Below, one piece after another: positions 12,563 to 27,137 of a stretch of DNA of 64,000 bases. The notes under the pieces were generated by a model. It saw only the letters and a list, made by a program, of their open reading frames with translations, did no database searches and was not told the DNA's origin. The DNA lies in the NCBI GenBank assembly GCA_951406725.2, contig OX597825.1, positions 8,680,001 to 8,744,000 on the forward strand, read 5' to 3'. Position 1 is the first letter of the stretch; each line of letters opens with the position of its first letter. The position numbers and the translations under genes were made by a program. The DNA is from Octopus vulgaris. Lineage: Eukaryota.

Positions 12563-15140
12563 TACCTATATAAATGAATGTATGCGTGCAGGTATGCGTG
12601 CAGGTATACAAGTGTGTATGAGCGTCATACTTTTGGGGAATAACGTGTCTTTTCTTTGACGGAAAGGAAACTAGCATACACTTTGTAGTCCGATCTAAGG
12701 GCTGCATAACAGTTCGACAGGAATTCTAGGTTACGTAACTTTTGGTTAGAAGAGACATTCGGTATCTTTATGAAAACACAAATATATCACACTATAGGTG
12801 CTGCTAATTAAAAAACTCCTCTTTATGCCCCAACAGTTGTCTCTCCTAAAAACAGAGTAGCTACTGATATTGAAACTGGTGTCAAATATTAACGTATGTA
12901 TCGATAATTTTAAGACAGATATCACGAAAAACATGTTAATTACTTGGTTCTACATGCATTGATCGTTTAATAAGCGTAGGAGATGGAATTTTATCTGATT
13001 ATTTTCATAGAGATAATCTCATAAAATCTACCATAGCATGCTGCCAATCTATCATTGCTTTCATGCTGAAGAAATTATTTTTTCATAATTGTTTCAACAC
13101 TTCTATTACAGCCCATTTTTAAGTTTATATTTCCATTAATAACTTCGTTATTATATTTTACAGTGCAGAACTGTGAGTATAATAGATATAATTAGATATT
13201 TAATTATTTCATATTGCACATGAAGTATACGTTACATCTCCGCTTTTTTAATATTATTGTATTATACTTTATTATTTATGTTTTCTATTTTTCATCACCG
13301 TGTGCAGACTTACTCGCTTTATATATTTTACATTACATAGGTATGATATACAAACGCTTAGAACTTCATTATGATTTGTAAGGTTTTACATTAATATATC
13401 ATGCAAGATATTTTGTATTCTTTAGTAATATATAAATTTTACTCCTTTGCTTTCGTTATATATAATTTGATATGTATTGGATAACCTTTTCTGAAATTGC
13501 ATATACCTGTTTCTCGCATTTAGAAATTAATATAAGCACATATACATGCAAACGAAGACACATACTAGGACACATAAAGTTTGGTATTTAACTTATAACA
13601 TCCTCTATTGTGTTACCCGACATATGATGGGTACTTTTGGAGGTGTAATCTTGCCTCGAGGGAAATATCGTCAAATATGGAATCCATTAAGTAAATATAA
13701 TCTAATTTGTATAATATAACTCGGTGTTTCTAGAAAATGGTAAAATTAATACTACTTTTCATCAACAGAAAATCTATAACCGAAAAGAATGAAATAAACG
13801 AATTCCTCATTTTTAGTACTCCTACCCAAAAGAGTCTATTTTTATCCCCACCTCACCAGTTATGTTAACTCTCTCTGTTTCGCTCTTCCTGAAGATTCAA
13901 ACCAGGAATCGTACGGATAATCAAAGAGCATGTACTGAATAAGTTGTTTTCATTATTTTTGGGTGTAAATATATTGGAGCGCTAGCATACCTTATATACC
14001 ATAAGATGTTGTCAAAAAATTAGATAAATTCCGTATAAGCTCTCTCTCTCACTCACTCTCTCTTTCTCTTTCTTGCTCTATCTGTCCATCTCTTTTTCTC
14101 TTTCTATCTATCTCTCTTTCCTTCTCTGTCTCTCTATGTGCAACAGAGATAGTTAAACGGTAAGGAATATTTCGAGGCGACTTGGTAAATCATCTGAAGA
14201 AATGTTACTCATTATCTTCAACAATTATTATATGTGTGTGTGTTTATATGTGTGTGTTTCTGTGTGTCTGTACTTCCGTATGTGCGTTTGTGTATGTGGA
14301 GTGGTCTTTGTGTGTTTGTGTGTCTCTGCGTATATATGTTGGTAGGCATGTATATTCGAATGTATGTGCGTATATATGTTTTGCTACGTATGTGTCGTCG
14401 CTATCACTTGATTTCAAATATCAAATCCCCTGCTCATTCCAAGGTTAATTTATGACAACCAGGTACCATAATTTCCATTCACGACCTCTTCGTCGCTCTA
14501 AACCACTTATTCATGTGTTTTCCATATATTTATGTACATTCTGAATGGGTAAATAATCGTAAATTTAAAAACATAATCCTCCGTGATTTCCCAACATGTT
14601 AATTTTCATATTAAAATATAATTTATCGTTATGAAGCTATACAGTTTATAATGAGCTTGTTATAAACAAAACGTAAGTAGGACAATATGAAATAAAATGT
14701 TGAATTTGTATGGATTTACAAATTACAAAAGATGCAGTTATTGTCTCGCATCGACAAAATAAAGGAAATTTATTGACGAGTTTATTTTTGTAGTTTATTT
14801 CATATTTCATGAGCTCTGAAAGAGAGCAGCGTTCCTCAAACATAAACGGGACAAAAACAAAATATCTATCAACTGAACGATGTGATCTAAATACGTCATA
14901 AAATTCAGATATTGGTTCTAGATATGAGTGTGACTGAAAGTACTCTATACAATACCTATACACACATACAAACACATACGCACACCCAAAATTATACACA
15001 CATGCATATGCATATATACTCAGTTATTCACTATGCGTATGTATATGTGTGTATATATGCATATATATGTGGGTATGTTTGTGTGTGTGTGTGTGTGCGT
15101 GTTTGTGTGTGCGCGCTCGCGCTCGTGTGTGTACAGAGTG

Positions 15141-15369
15141 GCACTCTACCGGTTTCGACAACGAGGGTTCCAGCTGATCCGTTTAACGTAACAGCCGCTC
15201 GTGAAATTAACACGCAAGTGACTGAGCACTCCACAGACACGTGTATCCTTAACGTGGTCCTCGGAAAGATTCAGCATGACAGAGGGTGTGACAAGGCTGC
15301 GCCTTTGAAATACAGGTACAACAGAAACAGGAAGAAAGAGTGAGAGAAAGTTGTAGTGAAAGAGTACAG
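15141..15369 (-). mobile_element. SINE family 3, partial
   Basis: Reverse complement of the body/tail seen at 40050-40290; same orientation as 49465-49822. Confidence 0.7.
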
Positions 15370-15789
15370 TGCTTTGCTGGCCAACAAACTGAAGTCAGCA
15401 ATTCGCACCAAAGGATCAAGCCCATTGCCGAAGAAAGTTTTTGTGGTTGAATTGCAATGCACGCCCACACACGGCGCTAAGACCATTGAAATCATTGACC
15501 AATTGTGATTTGAAGTGATGAAACACCTTGCTTATAGCCCACATCTCGCCCTATCGGTTTACGATGCTGAGAATTTCCTACGGATGAAGATGTGAATGAA
15601 ACGGTGTACAAATGGTTGCACGACCAACCGAGAACGAAAACTTTCTACTTGGAGGAAATTGGAGGAAAAGCTTATGGACCGATGGAAGAATTGCATCGAA
15701 AGGGAAGAAGACTATATAGAAAAACGCCCCTGTTTTTGTGTAAATACATTGAAAACAGGGGTGCCTATAATATTTGACTCTCCCTTGTA
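15370..15789 (+). pseudogene. Mariner transposase C-terminal remnant with 3' TIR
   Basis: Frameshifted NARPHT, YSPHLA(L)S, V.KWLHDQP, KLMDRWKNCIEREEDYIEK; ends atatttgactctcccttgTA. Confidence 0.85.
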
Positions 15790-16489
15790 TATATATATAT
15801 ATATATTAATGTCGCTTGATTCTTCAGTAATGATGACATGGGAAAAGGTCATTTACTGCTTCACTGCCACTGATATCGATGGTTCTCTGGCCGGCTTTAG
15901 CATCTGCTCGGAAAACTGCCTTAATAATTCAGTTGCTTACCTACTTCACTTCCCATTTCACAGAATAAACGAATATTAGAATAAAACCATACGTGCATAC
16001 GCACTACTCTTACAAAATCAAATGTGTAGACGCGTGCACAAGCACAGAGACTATGCAGACACTCATACAAGTACATATATATATTTGAAGCGATATGTAT
16101 ATTTTAAGTGTGAAGTATGACACCTCATTATTTTATTTTTCCGCTAATATATTTCACAACATGAGAACTTAAATTAGTGGGCCATCTAGCTAATGTCTTT
16201 GATCAGCCAGTATTATATCATTCGCTAGACAGCGAAGATATTTTTCTACTGTTGCCAATATTGATGTTACTAACAACATATCGCCAACATTTCTCTAAAA
16301 ATAATATTCCTACAAAACTATTAATGTCAATATACACTAATTGCATAATTTACAATATTTTTCTTTATGCCAGAGTCTCAAACATTTCTATCATAAATAA
16401 CAACGCACCAATAAACAAGTCTTGGTATTATATAATCTCGTATATTCACATCCGCACAACTTGGAAAAAATATTCTCAATTCAACCTGA

Positions 16490-16531
<42 letters not shown>

Positions 16532-17397
16532 TGTGTATGAGTGTAACAAAACTGGAATCTGGAATATTTTGGGGTATTATTTATTCACCATTAAACACCT
16601 TTCATTTGTTGCAGAGAAATCGGGAAACTGTACATGTTAGATAAGCATGTAAGAAATTTCCTATTATAGATTCTTCAGACAGAGAATCAAATAACCTAGG
16701 TTGTTCATATACAAGTGTGAGTGTGTATGTATGATTGCGTGTGTGGGTATGTATATATGTAATTATATATGTATATATGAAAACCTATATATAATTACGT
16801 AACTTTTGCCACAGATACATCGAAAACTTGACACAATATCTGAGCATTATGTAAACCCAATCAGATTACCTATGAAGAAAATAGTACAAGGGTAAGTGAT
16901 CCCTATAAACTATGAATCCACGAAACTTATCACTTTACAAAATAGAGGACAACTCAGGATAAATATAGGTTGAATTCTCTCATCAGTTTCTGAATGTGCT
17001 AACAAAAATAAATGGAGATTCAAATCAGAATCTCGTAGCAGAGTGTACTTTCTTTCAAGCGGGGATTCTTAGGTTTGTATATTTATTTCCCCTGTGGGTG
17101 GTAATTCCGGCTGAAATATAAGGCTAAATACAGCTTGCTTACTGAAACAGTATCAGAGTCATTTTTTTTCCGTAATGCAGTCAGCTGGTAGTATTTCTCA
17201 TGAATCGAATTTTGCTTCAATAAATTTACCTGTATAAGAACAATTCGGACATACAAACATATGACTATTATAGGTGCACGTCCCTCTTAGTATTGGGTTG
17301 CTGAATGTTAAGAAATTATCCCTGATTCGCTTCCTTCACAAACTGCTGATAACAGTCACTAATTAGGAGACACAGTAGCTTTCGTTGTGGAAGACGA

Positions 17398-17625
17398 AAT
17401 ACCTATTTCTTTACTACTCACAAGTGGCTAAACACAGAGAGGACAAACAAGGACTGACAAACGGATTAAGTCGATTATATCGACCACAGTGCGCAGCTGG
17501 TACTTAATTTATCGACCCCGAAAGGATGAAAGGCAAAGGTGGAATTTGAACTCAGAACGTAGCAGCAGACGAAATATCGCTAAGCATTTCGCCCGGCATG
17601 CTAACGTTTCGGCCAGCTCGCCGCA
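17398..17625 (-). mobile_element. SINE family 2
   Basis: Reverse complement of ggcgagctggc.gaaacgttagca.gccgggcgaaatgc...gcctttcatcctt.cggggtcgataaattaagtaccag. Confidence 0.85.
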
Positions 17626-18295
17626 CTACCTTCATGTCGTTCACATTATGATATATCTAGGATATGTATAAAGGCCAAAATCAGGCTTTGTATTCTTTGT
17701 TGAACAGTTGAATGCATTTGACAGTGTGCTATAGCCCATCTTGAGAGTACTTGCCCGTTATGGGTGTGTACCTATATTCATACATATTGCGCACCAACTT
17801 AGTAGTGATGTGCTTATGACAGGAAGAACGGAACTATACCTGTATCATTTTCTGTTATACATAATCGGAATCACGTTTGTGCCTTTGCACGTACCATTTT
17901 ACAGTAGTGTATTTTTTGCGATATGGCATGAAGCGTTCAAAACACCTGCAGCTGTAGTTGATTATTGGTACAGAAATAAATGGCACATAGTTTCATCTTC
18001 GAAGATTGCAAGCGAAATTCAATTAAAGTATTTGACTGTTTGCGAATTACTGTTTGTAGACGAATGAGGCTTTTTTTTAGCCAAGTGAGATCACCATGTA
18101 TTTATGAAAAGATAAATTCTGATGGATATGCAACGAATAACGCTCACAAACAGCACTGCAAAAACAGATCATTGTATCAAACAAATGTATTGCATAGAAC
18201 ATGCCGCAGGGTATGAACGATGTCTGCCTCTTGGAATAAAAGCAAGTTTGAGAGAAACAAAAATGCGGAGAGGTTTTTAATATCTTGGAAATATA

Positions 18296-19247
18296 GGCGC
18301 AGGCGTAGCTGTGTGGTAACAATCTTGCTTACCAACCACATGGTTTCGGATTCAGTCCCACTGCGTGGCACTTTTGGCAAGTGACTATATTATAGTCTCG
18401 GGCCAAATAAAGCATTGCGAGCGGATTTGGTAGACAGAAACTGAAATAAGCCCGTCGTTATATATATATATATTGTATTTCGGGATGGACATTTTTTTTT
18501 TTTTGGTGGAAGGGAATAAACACACGCACTATATATTTGTTCCTCATTCGTTTATTCTTGTTCTTATTTTAATTCATGTCTATTGTCCTGAAATCTTTCG
18601 TCACACATCTGTGACCTCTTCAGTATAAATTTCCAACCTCGTTTGTGCTTGTGCTCCGCTTAATCCATTCTCGGAAAGTGTCGCTGAAGAGATCTCAGAC
18701 GTGTAATGAAAGATTTCCGTATAATGGACTCGGATTAAAATAAGAAGAGTAATAAACGTGCGAAGAACGAATAAATAGTGTGCGTGTTTATTTGGTAAAA
18801 AAAAACAAAAAAAATGACCATCCAGAAATACAGCAATATATAATTCAACACAGTTTCACATCAGGAATCTTGCAACCGAAATTCATAAAGCTACATATAT
18901 ATATGCGTGTGTGTGTGTGTGTGTGTGTATGTGTGTGTGTCTGTGTCTGTGTGTGCGTGCGTGTGTGTGTGTGCCTCTGTGTGTGTGTGTGTGTCTGTGT
19001 TTGTAATGTAAGTATGTAATTATGTATGTATATATGTGTGTTTGTCTGTGTTTGTCCGCCCATTACCGTTTGACAACGGGAGGTGGTGTGTATACGTCCC
19101 CGTAATCTAAGGGTTCAGCAAAAGGAGTGCGACAGAATAGGTACTGTGCTTTAAAAAGTATTTCTAGGGGCCATTTCTTCGACTAAAACCCGTCAAGGTG
19201 GTGCTCCAGCATGGCCAGCCAAATGACTGAAACATGTAAAAGAGTAA
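18296..19247 (+). mobile_element. SINE family 1 interrupted by a fold-back element in its internal (TA)n
   Basis: Head ggcgcagg.gt.gctgtgtggtaa... to gcccgtcg (18458); tail resumes after ~18900. Confidence 0.85.
18472..18895. mobile_element. Old fold-back PLE-like element (family D) with decayed hammerhead cores
   Basis: Diverged inverted arms 18472-18624 and 18683-18837; CTGAAGA g gtcac..gtgac GAAA gatt TC on minus strand, CTGAAGA(18684)...GAAA gatttc on plus strand. Confidence 0.65.
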
Positions 19248-21262
19248 ATATATGAAAATGCATGCATTTAGACTGAAGCCACGTATTGCTTGGGTGATTT
19301 CACTATTTTACAAAGTGTAGCCTTGAGTGTGGGAAAGCCAGTTGTTTACGAGATATTCCCTGATCTTTCCAAGGTGTGGAAACTGCGCAGGAATAAAATT
19401 TTGTTGCTAAGAAATTCATCATTGGCATTTTTTTTTTACGCAGAAGATTCTAAGCCAAAACAGGTTAGACGATATAACTAATACGAATGTTCTCGCTTGT
19501 GCCATGCTTCCAGTTTATTTCCTAATGTCATGCAAACCTTGTTGCGTTTTGCTGAACATCTAAGCAAGGCCCCTCATTCTAGACAGGCGAAAGCAAATAC
19601 CTATGTGGTTTCGCGAATAGGAGATGCAGTTTTGTTGCATAAATAATTCAAATGTGTATTGAAATTACTTTTCGCAGATATCCAGTTGAACTCAAAATTG
19701 TGAGTGGGGATTGGAAGAGGCAAGTCTCTGCGAGGAAGAAAATGAGGACTATGACGTTAAAATGTTAACACTCTACATAACATAAGTTCGCATATAACTG
19801 CATATAAGACGTGGAATACGAGAAGTGACCGCAGTACAACAGTATTTACATGTTTCTCTATATAGCTTCGAGGTCATTATCAAGCTAACAGTTTACATGT
19901 GAGTGTGAAAATTCACATCAAACACACACACAATCACACATTCGCACACATACATATATATTCATATATAAACATCATATGTGTAGTGAACGAGGTAAGT
20001 CAGTCCCTCGAACCCAAAACCTGTGCATCAACGGTCTCTCTATCTCCCCCGTTCCACACAAAGAATGTTAAAGTCCCTAGGCATAGACGAAAATGTATCA
20101 TATGAAGACACTGTGTCTAAAGATAGAGTGACCCGAGAATATTACACAAGACTTAGGAAAATATGGCGGTCGTAACTCTTCTGTTACAACAAAACAGTAT
20201 CTCATAACTGGTTTCTCTCTCCATTTATTAATAAAAGAAACACTCGTTACTTGCCAACGTTGTGTTATTCAAACCAGATTTTAGAATATATATATTATAC
20301 TACCTGGAATTCCACTAACACAGTCATGGCTGAAACTAATAACAACACTATATATGAAAATAGTACTAAAGCACCAGTAAGCTACTTAAGAAGACGCTAA
20401 GCACTCTTTTCATTTTACTGGATTGTACATTACACTGAGGTCTACTTCTATACAGTGAAAATTCCACGATGAATCTTCTATGGTATATATGAAGTGGTTA
20501 TAAAATAATTAAACGAAGCCGCACAGCCATTCCTGCGCGTCTTTGTATTTTGTTTATTTTTATTTCTTATACTTTCGATAAATAATTATTCTAAGAATGT
20601 AATCTCTGATTTCCCGACGTTCATAGTAACTTACTTCTTTAAATACTGTTAAATATGGTTTACGAAGTTCACCTGACAATCAGTTAAGTATGGGGCTCAA
20701 CCCACACAGATATTATAGAAATATTTGTTTCCAGACGATGTATTATTTTTTTTTGTGTGTGTGTGTTACAATCAATTGAAGTGGAGTTATTTACGACTGA
20801 CAGATATATGCCAGACATTACAATGTCGAAATACAAATTGTCAGCTGCTGGACTCGGATTCTGAACATGACGACGCGCATTTGAATGCGTAACTCAAGTG
20901 AGGTAATTAAATGTTGTAATTAAAGTCATTTAGTCTAGCTCACTATAATTTCTACCTCTCCACCGACGGCAGCTATGTCGGTTACGAACTGATAAACGTT
21001 TCAGATGTACGAAAGAAAATCTGTCAACTGTGATTAGACATGCTAAAATATATTAAGCGAAAAGTAAAATTTAAGAAATATATATCTTTAAGATACAGAG
21101 AACAGATAAATTCTGAGAAAATCTTAGCAAATCATGAACTAGTAAATGCAAAAACAGTTAAGACTGGCATCGTTATGTCTATCAGGAAAGAGGACAATAT
21201 ACTATACAGTCATAAACAATGCTAAAAAGAACCAGGTAACAGCAGATAGAGCATACACAATT

Positions 21263-21300
<38 letters not shown>

Positions 21301-21303
<3 letters not shown>

Positions 21304-22220
21304 AAGGTGAATGAATTATCCTAGTATGGATAATTCGGTTAACCGATACCTGGGTAGCAAATTCACGTCAGAAAACACGGTTGAAGCTATATGCCAAGGG
21401 TAGGGATCCCGTGTTCTCGTGTGTAAATTTGTATGTTTTTTTAAACTATGAATAAATGAAAGAATGGAGTCGAACGACGATTTTAACAAAATTCCTTTAC
21501 TCTCGACACATGTTTCGAAGGTTGCATATTCCTAATTCCGAAGGAATAAAGGGTGCATTATGCCGCCATCTCATCAGGAAAGACAAGGAACTTATGTCAG
21601 CACCATGAAGAGCAAAAACTTTTAGATGACTGCCCATATGATGTCCACAGTAATAATGAGTGTTCCTTTGCATCTCCCCACCTCTCTCTCTTTCTCTCTC
21701 TCTCTCTATCATACCCACAATCGAACACACAGACACAAATCTGTCACCTCACTACTAAATGTTTCTGAAATTTGTCACCCTACACACACAGTCACGCACA
21801 CACACACACACACAGAGGCACGAATCCAGTTATATACATACACACACACAAGCACTCAAACTCATTAACAATAGAATACACCCACGCATCCCCATACAAT
21901 ACAGCTTGCACTCTATCCCCTTCCTAGAGCTTTCCCCTCCCAACCAAATTTGAACTCTTGAACTCTTTAGAACATTCTCCATCCAACCAACTTTGACGTC
22001 ATTGCTTATAACGGGATATTTTAAAGAAACACTCGTTATTACTGTGGACATCATGTGGGCAGTCATCTAAAAGTTTTTACTCTTCATGGTGCTGACATAT
22101 GTTCCTTGTCTTTCCTAATGAGATGACGGCATGATGCACCCTTTATTCCTTTGGAATTAGGAATATGCAGCCTTCGAAACATGTGTCGAGAGTAAAGGAA
22201 TTTTGTTAAAATCGTTGTTC
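21301..22220. mobile_element. Fold-back PLE-like element (family C) with 363-bp spacer
   Basis: Arms 21472-21664 and 22028-22220; extra tail 21301-21471 abuts (TA)n. Confidence 0.85.
21492..21590 (-). ncRNA. Type I hammerhead ribozyme; plus-strand twin 22102-22200 has a mutated core (CTAATGA)
   Basis: ttcctt-gt-ctttc / CTGATGA / stem II / GAAA / catgtg / TC / gagag-ta-aaggaa. Confidence 0.85.
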
Positions 22221-22683
22221 TTTCATTCTGGCTTCTCTGCAATTCTGAGCTATTTTTCATTATTTTTTTCTAAAAATACTCTAGTAAACACGGTTATAGA
22301 ACGAGCATACAGATGTAAGCATGGGCAGAAACATACATTTAGTGCATATAAGTAGTCTCTATCATTATATATAATTTAAGCTTTAATTTCCTTTATATTT
22401 AACATTCACTATTAATATCCCTACTCTTTCTGTTAGCTACTTATGACGTTATATCATATAACGTTTTTTTAAACAATATTAATAGCGTTCTGTCTATCGC
22501 TATACAAATCCATCATTTTTTGCTAAAATGTCGTATTGACGAGTTTCGTTTTTTTTCACTTTCCCGAAGAGAAGATTGCATTGTTTATACCATTTATTCT
22601 TTTGAATAGTATCAGTAGAATTGTCGAATCATGTGTAGAAAGTAAAAATACTTGTATAAACCTGCATTAACTCCATTTTATTC

Positions 22684-22741
<58 letters not shown>

Positions 22742-22795
22742 TTGTTATTATATGACTGAGCGCCTCCCATCGTTTCATTTCTTATCCTCCAATTA

Positions 22796-22838
<43 letters not shown>

Positions 22839-22840
<2 letters not shown>

Positions 22841-23001
22841 CAGGAGTGGCTGTGTGGTAAGTAACTTGTTTACCAACCACATGGTTCCGGGTTCAGTCCC
22901 ACTGCGTGGCACCTTGGGCAAGGGTCTTCTACTATAGCTTCAGGCCGACCAAAGCCTTGTGAGTAGATTTGGTAGACGGACACTGAAAGAAACCCGTCGT
23001 A

Positions 23002-23048
<47 letters not shown>

Positions 23049-23133
23049 CGTGTGTGTTCCTGTCTCTGTGTTTGTCCCCCTAGCATTGCTTGTCTGTGTT
23101 TATGTCCCCGTAACTTAGCGGTTCGGTAAAAGA

Positions 23134-23134
<1 letters not shown>
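22839..23134 (+). mobile_element. SINE family 1, 3'-truncated
   Basis: cgcaggagtggctgtgtggtaag (A-box-like)...gggttcagtccc (B-box-like)...accttgggcaag. Confidence 0.9.
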
Positions 23135-23193
<59 letters not shown>

Positions 23194-23480
23194 ATATGTA
23201 TGTATACGTACACACGTGTTAGTGCATGTGATTAATCCATAGAGAGTGAGATAATAAAGCACATCAACACAATTCCATATATATATATATATATATATAT
23301 ACCATCTAATGTAGGATAACATTTTTCTAAGAAATTCTATCAATGGCCAGCATATTAAAAAATACCTTTAAAGGTTAAATTTATAAGCAATTTATAAGTA
23401 AGGGCAAAAGAAAAAAAATTCTAATGCCAAAATATGCCGAAAATAGACAAACACAGACATACAAACACACACACACACAG

Positions 23481-23512
<32 letters not shown>

Positions 23513-23523
23513 ATGTAGGTGTG

Positions 23524-23566
<43 letters not shown>

Positions 23567-24606
23567 ACATGTACTTTATGTATGTATGTATGTATGTATG
23601 TATGTATACGTACATACTTGTGTGTGTGTGTGCCTGTCTGTGTGTGTGTGTGCATGTGATTAATCCATAGAGAGTGAGAAGATAAAGAACATCACCAAAC
23701 ATTATTAGTTGATTGAACTTGACTATACTGCTAGGTTTTCTTTCCTATACTGAAATCCTACTTTTCTTTGTACTATGGTGTAAAACATCGCATTATTTTC
23801 TTTCTTCGATAAAGCTTCGGTATATTCAATCTGCAAAGACCGATAAGCTCACTCGTGCATCTACATAAAACCACCTCTTTCATGCTTCAATAGATAACTG
23901 CAACTACGACAGTTTGGATAAGTATATTACAAGTCGTTCAACGATTTACATTATATTTTATGGGCATTTTCACTTACGTTCAGCTGTATTCCGCAATTGC
24001 AATTCTGACCTCGATGAGCCAATTTCACTCGTAAATGTCTGATAGACTTTAGTGACATAAAATATATCAAGGCTTCCAGTTGAAATATGTCTTACATGAT
24101 TAAATCTCATAAGTATATGGAAAATATTGAAAAATAATAACCTGCCCCGTTGCACTTTCTTTGGAGAGATTATACTTTACTAAAGAGTGTATAAAATTGC
24201 AGAATTCTCGTAGACTACATGAAGTAATAGCGTAGTAATATATTCCCCTTCCTGTCTAAAGGATAGTTCCAGAAGCTCGTGAGTCTTGTCTGTTTTAATA
24301 GAGATGTAGTGAGGAATAGTTCCCCGACAGAACAGTTTCCAGTCTACAAACTAGTTAAGTGTGGTTTACAAGCAAAATTCAACTAATTAAAATTAATAAA
24401 AACACATTCTGTCGTCAAAATGGCAGACAATGCCAGTTTTATTAAGATACTTTTAAGGAAAGAAACTAACTGTATCATTTCGAGAAAATTTGACCATGTA
24501 TTTTCAGTTATTTTCCAGTGAGTTCGATGCCTGAGACTACTGATACATAAACCTCTAGAATATTATTCCATCACAAGTTACCCTACAAAATAATTGCTAT
24601 TCAATA

Positions 24607-25378
24607 CTAGATTACGCGTGACCTGTTGGGTCACCCATAGTTCAAGGTACCCGAAAAAACCGCATGTCTCGAGAACCTGTGGTCCGATTTACTCGAAACT
24701 TGTTGTATTCCGTTTGTATTCACATTTCAATGGTGCCGTACTTTCACTGTATTTTCCGTTATGTGGCGGTTTGGCTACTTATAAGCGTACCCGAAAAAAA
24801 CTGCGTATCTCAAGAACCCGTGATCCCACTTATGTGAAACATGTTTTATTCCGTTTTATTCACATTTCAATGCAACCTTATCTTCAAAGTATTTTCCCAT
24901 TATGCGCCGGTTTGGCTGTATTAAACAACAGACAAGCAAGCACGCAAGCAGGCAATCATAAAAGTACCCGAAACAACAGCGTGTCTTGGGATCCCATGGT
25001 CCGATTTACGCGAAACTTGTCATATTGTGTTTGTATTACCATTTCAGGGACGCCATATTTTCAGAATATCTTCCCATTATGCGCCGGTTTGGCTGTATTA
25101 AATTGCAAGCAAGCATACAAACAAAATTTTCCAGGTGTTCACAGTAAAGGGCAGTAAATCCAGGTTTCACTGCTTAAATTTGTGGAACCCACCCATCCAA
25201 TTCGCTTATCTCAGGCATCCATGGTCCGATATACGGGAAACTTGATTTATTCTGTTTGTATTCACATTTCAGGGGTTATTTATTTCCAGAGTATTTTCCC
25301 ATTATGCACCGGTTTGGTTGTAGTAAATTACAGAAAAGCACAAAAGAAAGCAATCACAGAGTTTTAGTAGTATAGAGA
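24607..25378 (-). mobile_element. Non-autonomous Helitron with four internal ~135-bp repeats
   Basis: Minus strand starts TCtctatactactaaaac, ends with a gtgacc/ggtcac hairpin and CTAG, in an A|T site; internal units start ~24647, 24788, 24964, 25205. Confidence 0.8.
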
Positions 25379-25403
25379 TTTATAGAAATACTATACAGTT
25401 ATA

Positions 25404-25766
25404 GGCGCAGGAGTGGCTGTGTGGTAAGCTTGTTTACCAACCACATGGTACCGGGTTCAGTCTCACTGCGTGGCACCTTGGGCAAGTGTCTTCTACTATA
25501 GCCTCGGGCCCACAAAAGCCTTGTGAGTAGATTTGGTTGACGGAAACTGAAAGAAGCCCGTCGTATATATGTATATATATATATATGTATGTGCGTGTAT
25601 GTTTGTGTGTCTGTGTTTGTCCCCCTGGCAATGCTTGACAACAGATGCTGGCGTGTTTATGTCCCCGTCACTTAGAGGTTCGGCAAAAGAGACCGATAGA
25701 ATAAGTACTGGGCTTACAAAGAATAAGTCCCGCGGTCGAGTTGCTCGATTAAAGGCGGTGCTCCAG
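25404..25766 (+). mobile_element. SINE family 1
   Basis: Near-complete head, internal TA/TG microsatellite and tail. Confidence 0.9.
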
Positions 25767-26027
25767 TGAGGGCGCAAATTCTGCAGTAAATCCCTCCGGC
25801 TCTCGTATGCAGATTAGTAAAGATTCCTCAAGGTCATTTTAGTTTGGTTTACTCAAACATGTGTGTTGGTGGGACGAGCTCCATTAAATGTGACAAAATC
25901 GTCCAGATTCTTTTGTTTCGCACTGTAACAAGCTATTTCTTATCCGCTCTTCATGGTATCACCAGAGCACACCAAGACAGGTGCAGCGATACGCTCTCAA
26001 AGCATGTATCAAATATCCCACATACTG

Positions 26028-26108
<81 letters not shown>

Positions 26109-26745
26109 ATGGCTTAAATAATTAAATATGCTTTAATTTCTCACCCACTAATTCGTGAGTGTGTATGGTGCTGTGTTTTCAAAAATAAATATTATCTTAA
26201 TATCATCAATCTTGTATCTGAGGCTGACTTATATATAATTCCTCTTGATACATCCTCCAAACATGTTTTGGTTTCCATTTGAAACCATTCACTTCCCCCT
26301 TTTTTTTTACCTCAAATTTTAACGAAATTAACTTAAATTAATTTCACTGAATATATCCGTGTACTTTGATCTCAAACTTCGGTATCTTTATTAAGCTTTG
26401 CTTCAGGCAATGTGCTGACCTATATCTAATTACAATTATTCGTATATTTGTAAGGACAATATATTTATTAATGAAGTGAATATCAATCTACCTACAACCC
26501 CAACCCACACACCCGCACACCCAAACACCCACACACTGTCTTTCACATACATTTACAGTCTAAGTCTCAAGATTTAAAATATCTCTGCCTCATATACATA
26601 TACTTAAATCTATTCATACAAACCTGAAGTAGAATATATTTTGAAATGACTGTGAAGAGCTGATATAAGTATACTTAGTAGAAATATAGACAACAAACAA
26701 CTATACAAAACACATTGATAGGCACATGCTATATACGTACTCATA

Positions 26746-27137
26746 TCTTTACATATAAAAGTGAGGTTGTGTGCTGTCTGTCTCCTACAATTTAGATTCC
26801 TAACTACTCCCACATTTTGCGGTGCAGTTTAACCAAAACCGGGTATCTTATAGTCGTGATTCATATCGAGCCCTTCTGTGTATTAGCGCGCGTCTACGAT
26901 GAGTCTACGATTAAAAAAAAATTACCATCAATTTTCCCCATTTTTTCCCATTTTTGATGCATTTTTGGGAAGTAACTCTCTAAAAATGTATTATTAAATC
27001 TCAGAACGTACAAAGCCACAGTAACACCCCCTTTGCGGTTAGCCATATTGAGATGGCTATTATACTTTACATCTCTAAAAAATGCTTATATAGTTATTTC
27101 CCTTACAAACCCGAGCAACGCCGGGCGATACCGCTAG
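26746..27137 (+). mobile_element. Non-autonomous Helitron
   Basis: A|TCtttacatataaaag start; 3' hairpin cccgagcaacgccggg followed by CTAG|T. Confidence 0.85.

Noticed and set aside
23978-24037. Small minus-strand exon candidate (cag|...|gtaagt)
   Set aside because: Only ~60 nt, no recognisable product and no partner exons
24594-25157. 187-aa ORF with internal repeats
   Set aside because: Antisense read-through of Helitron internal tandem units
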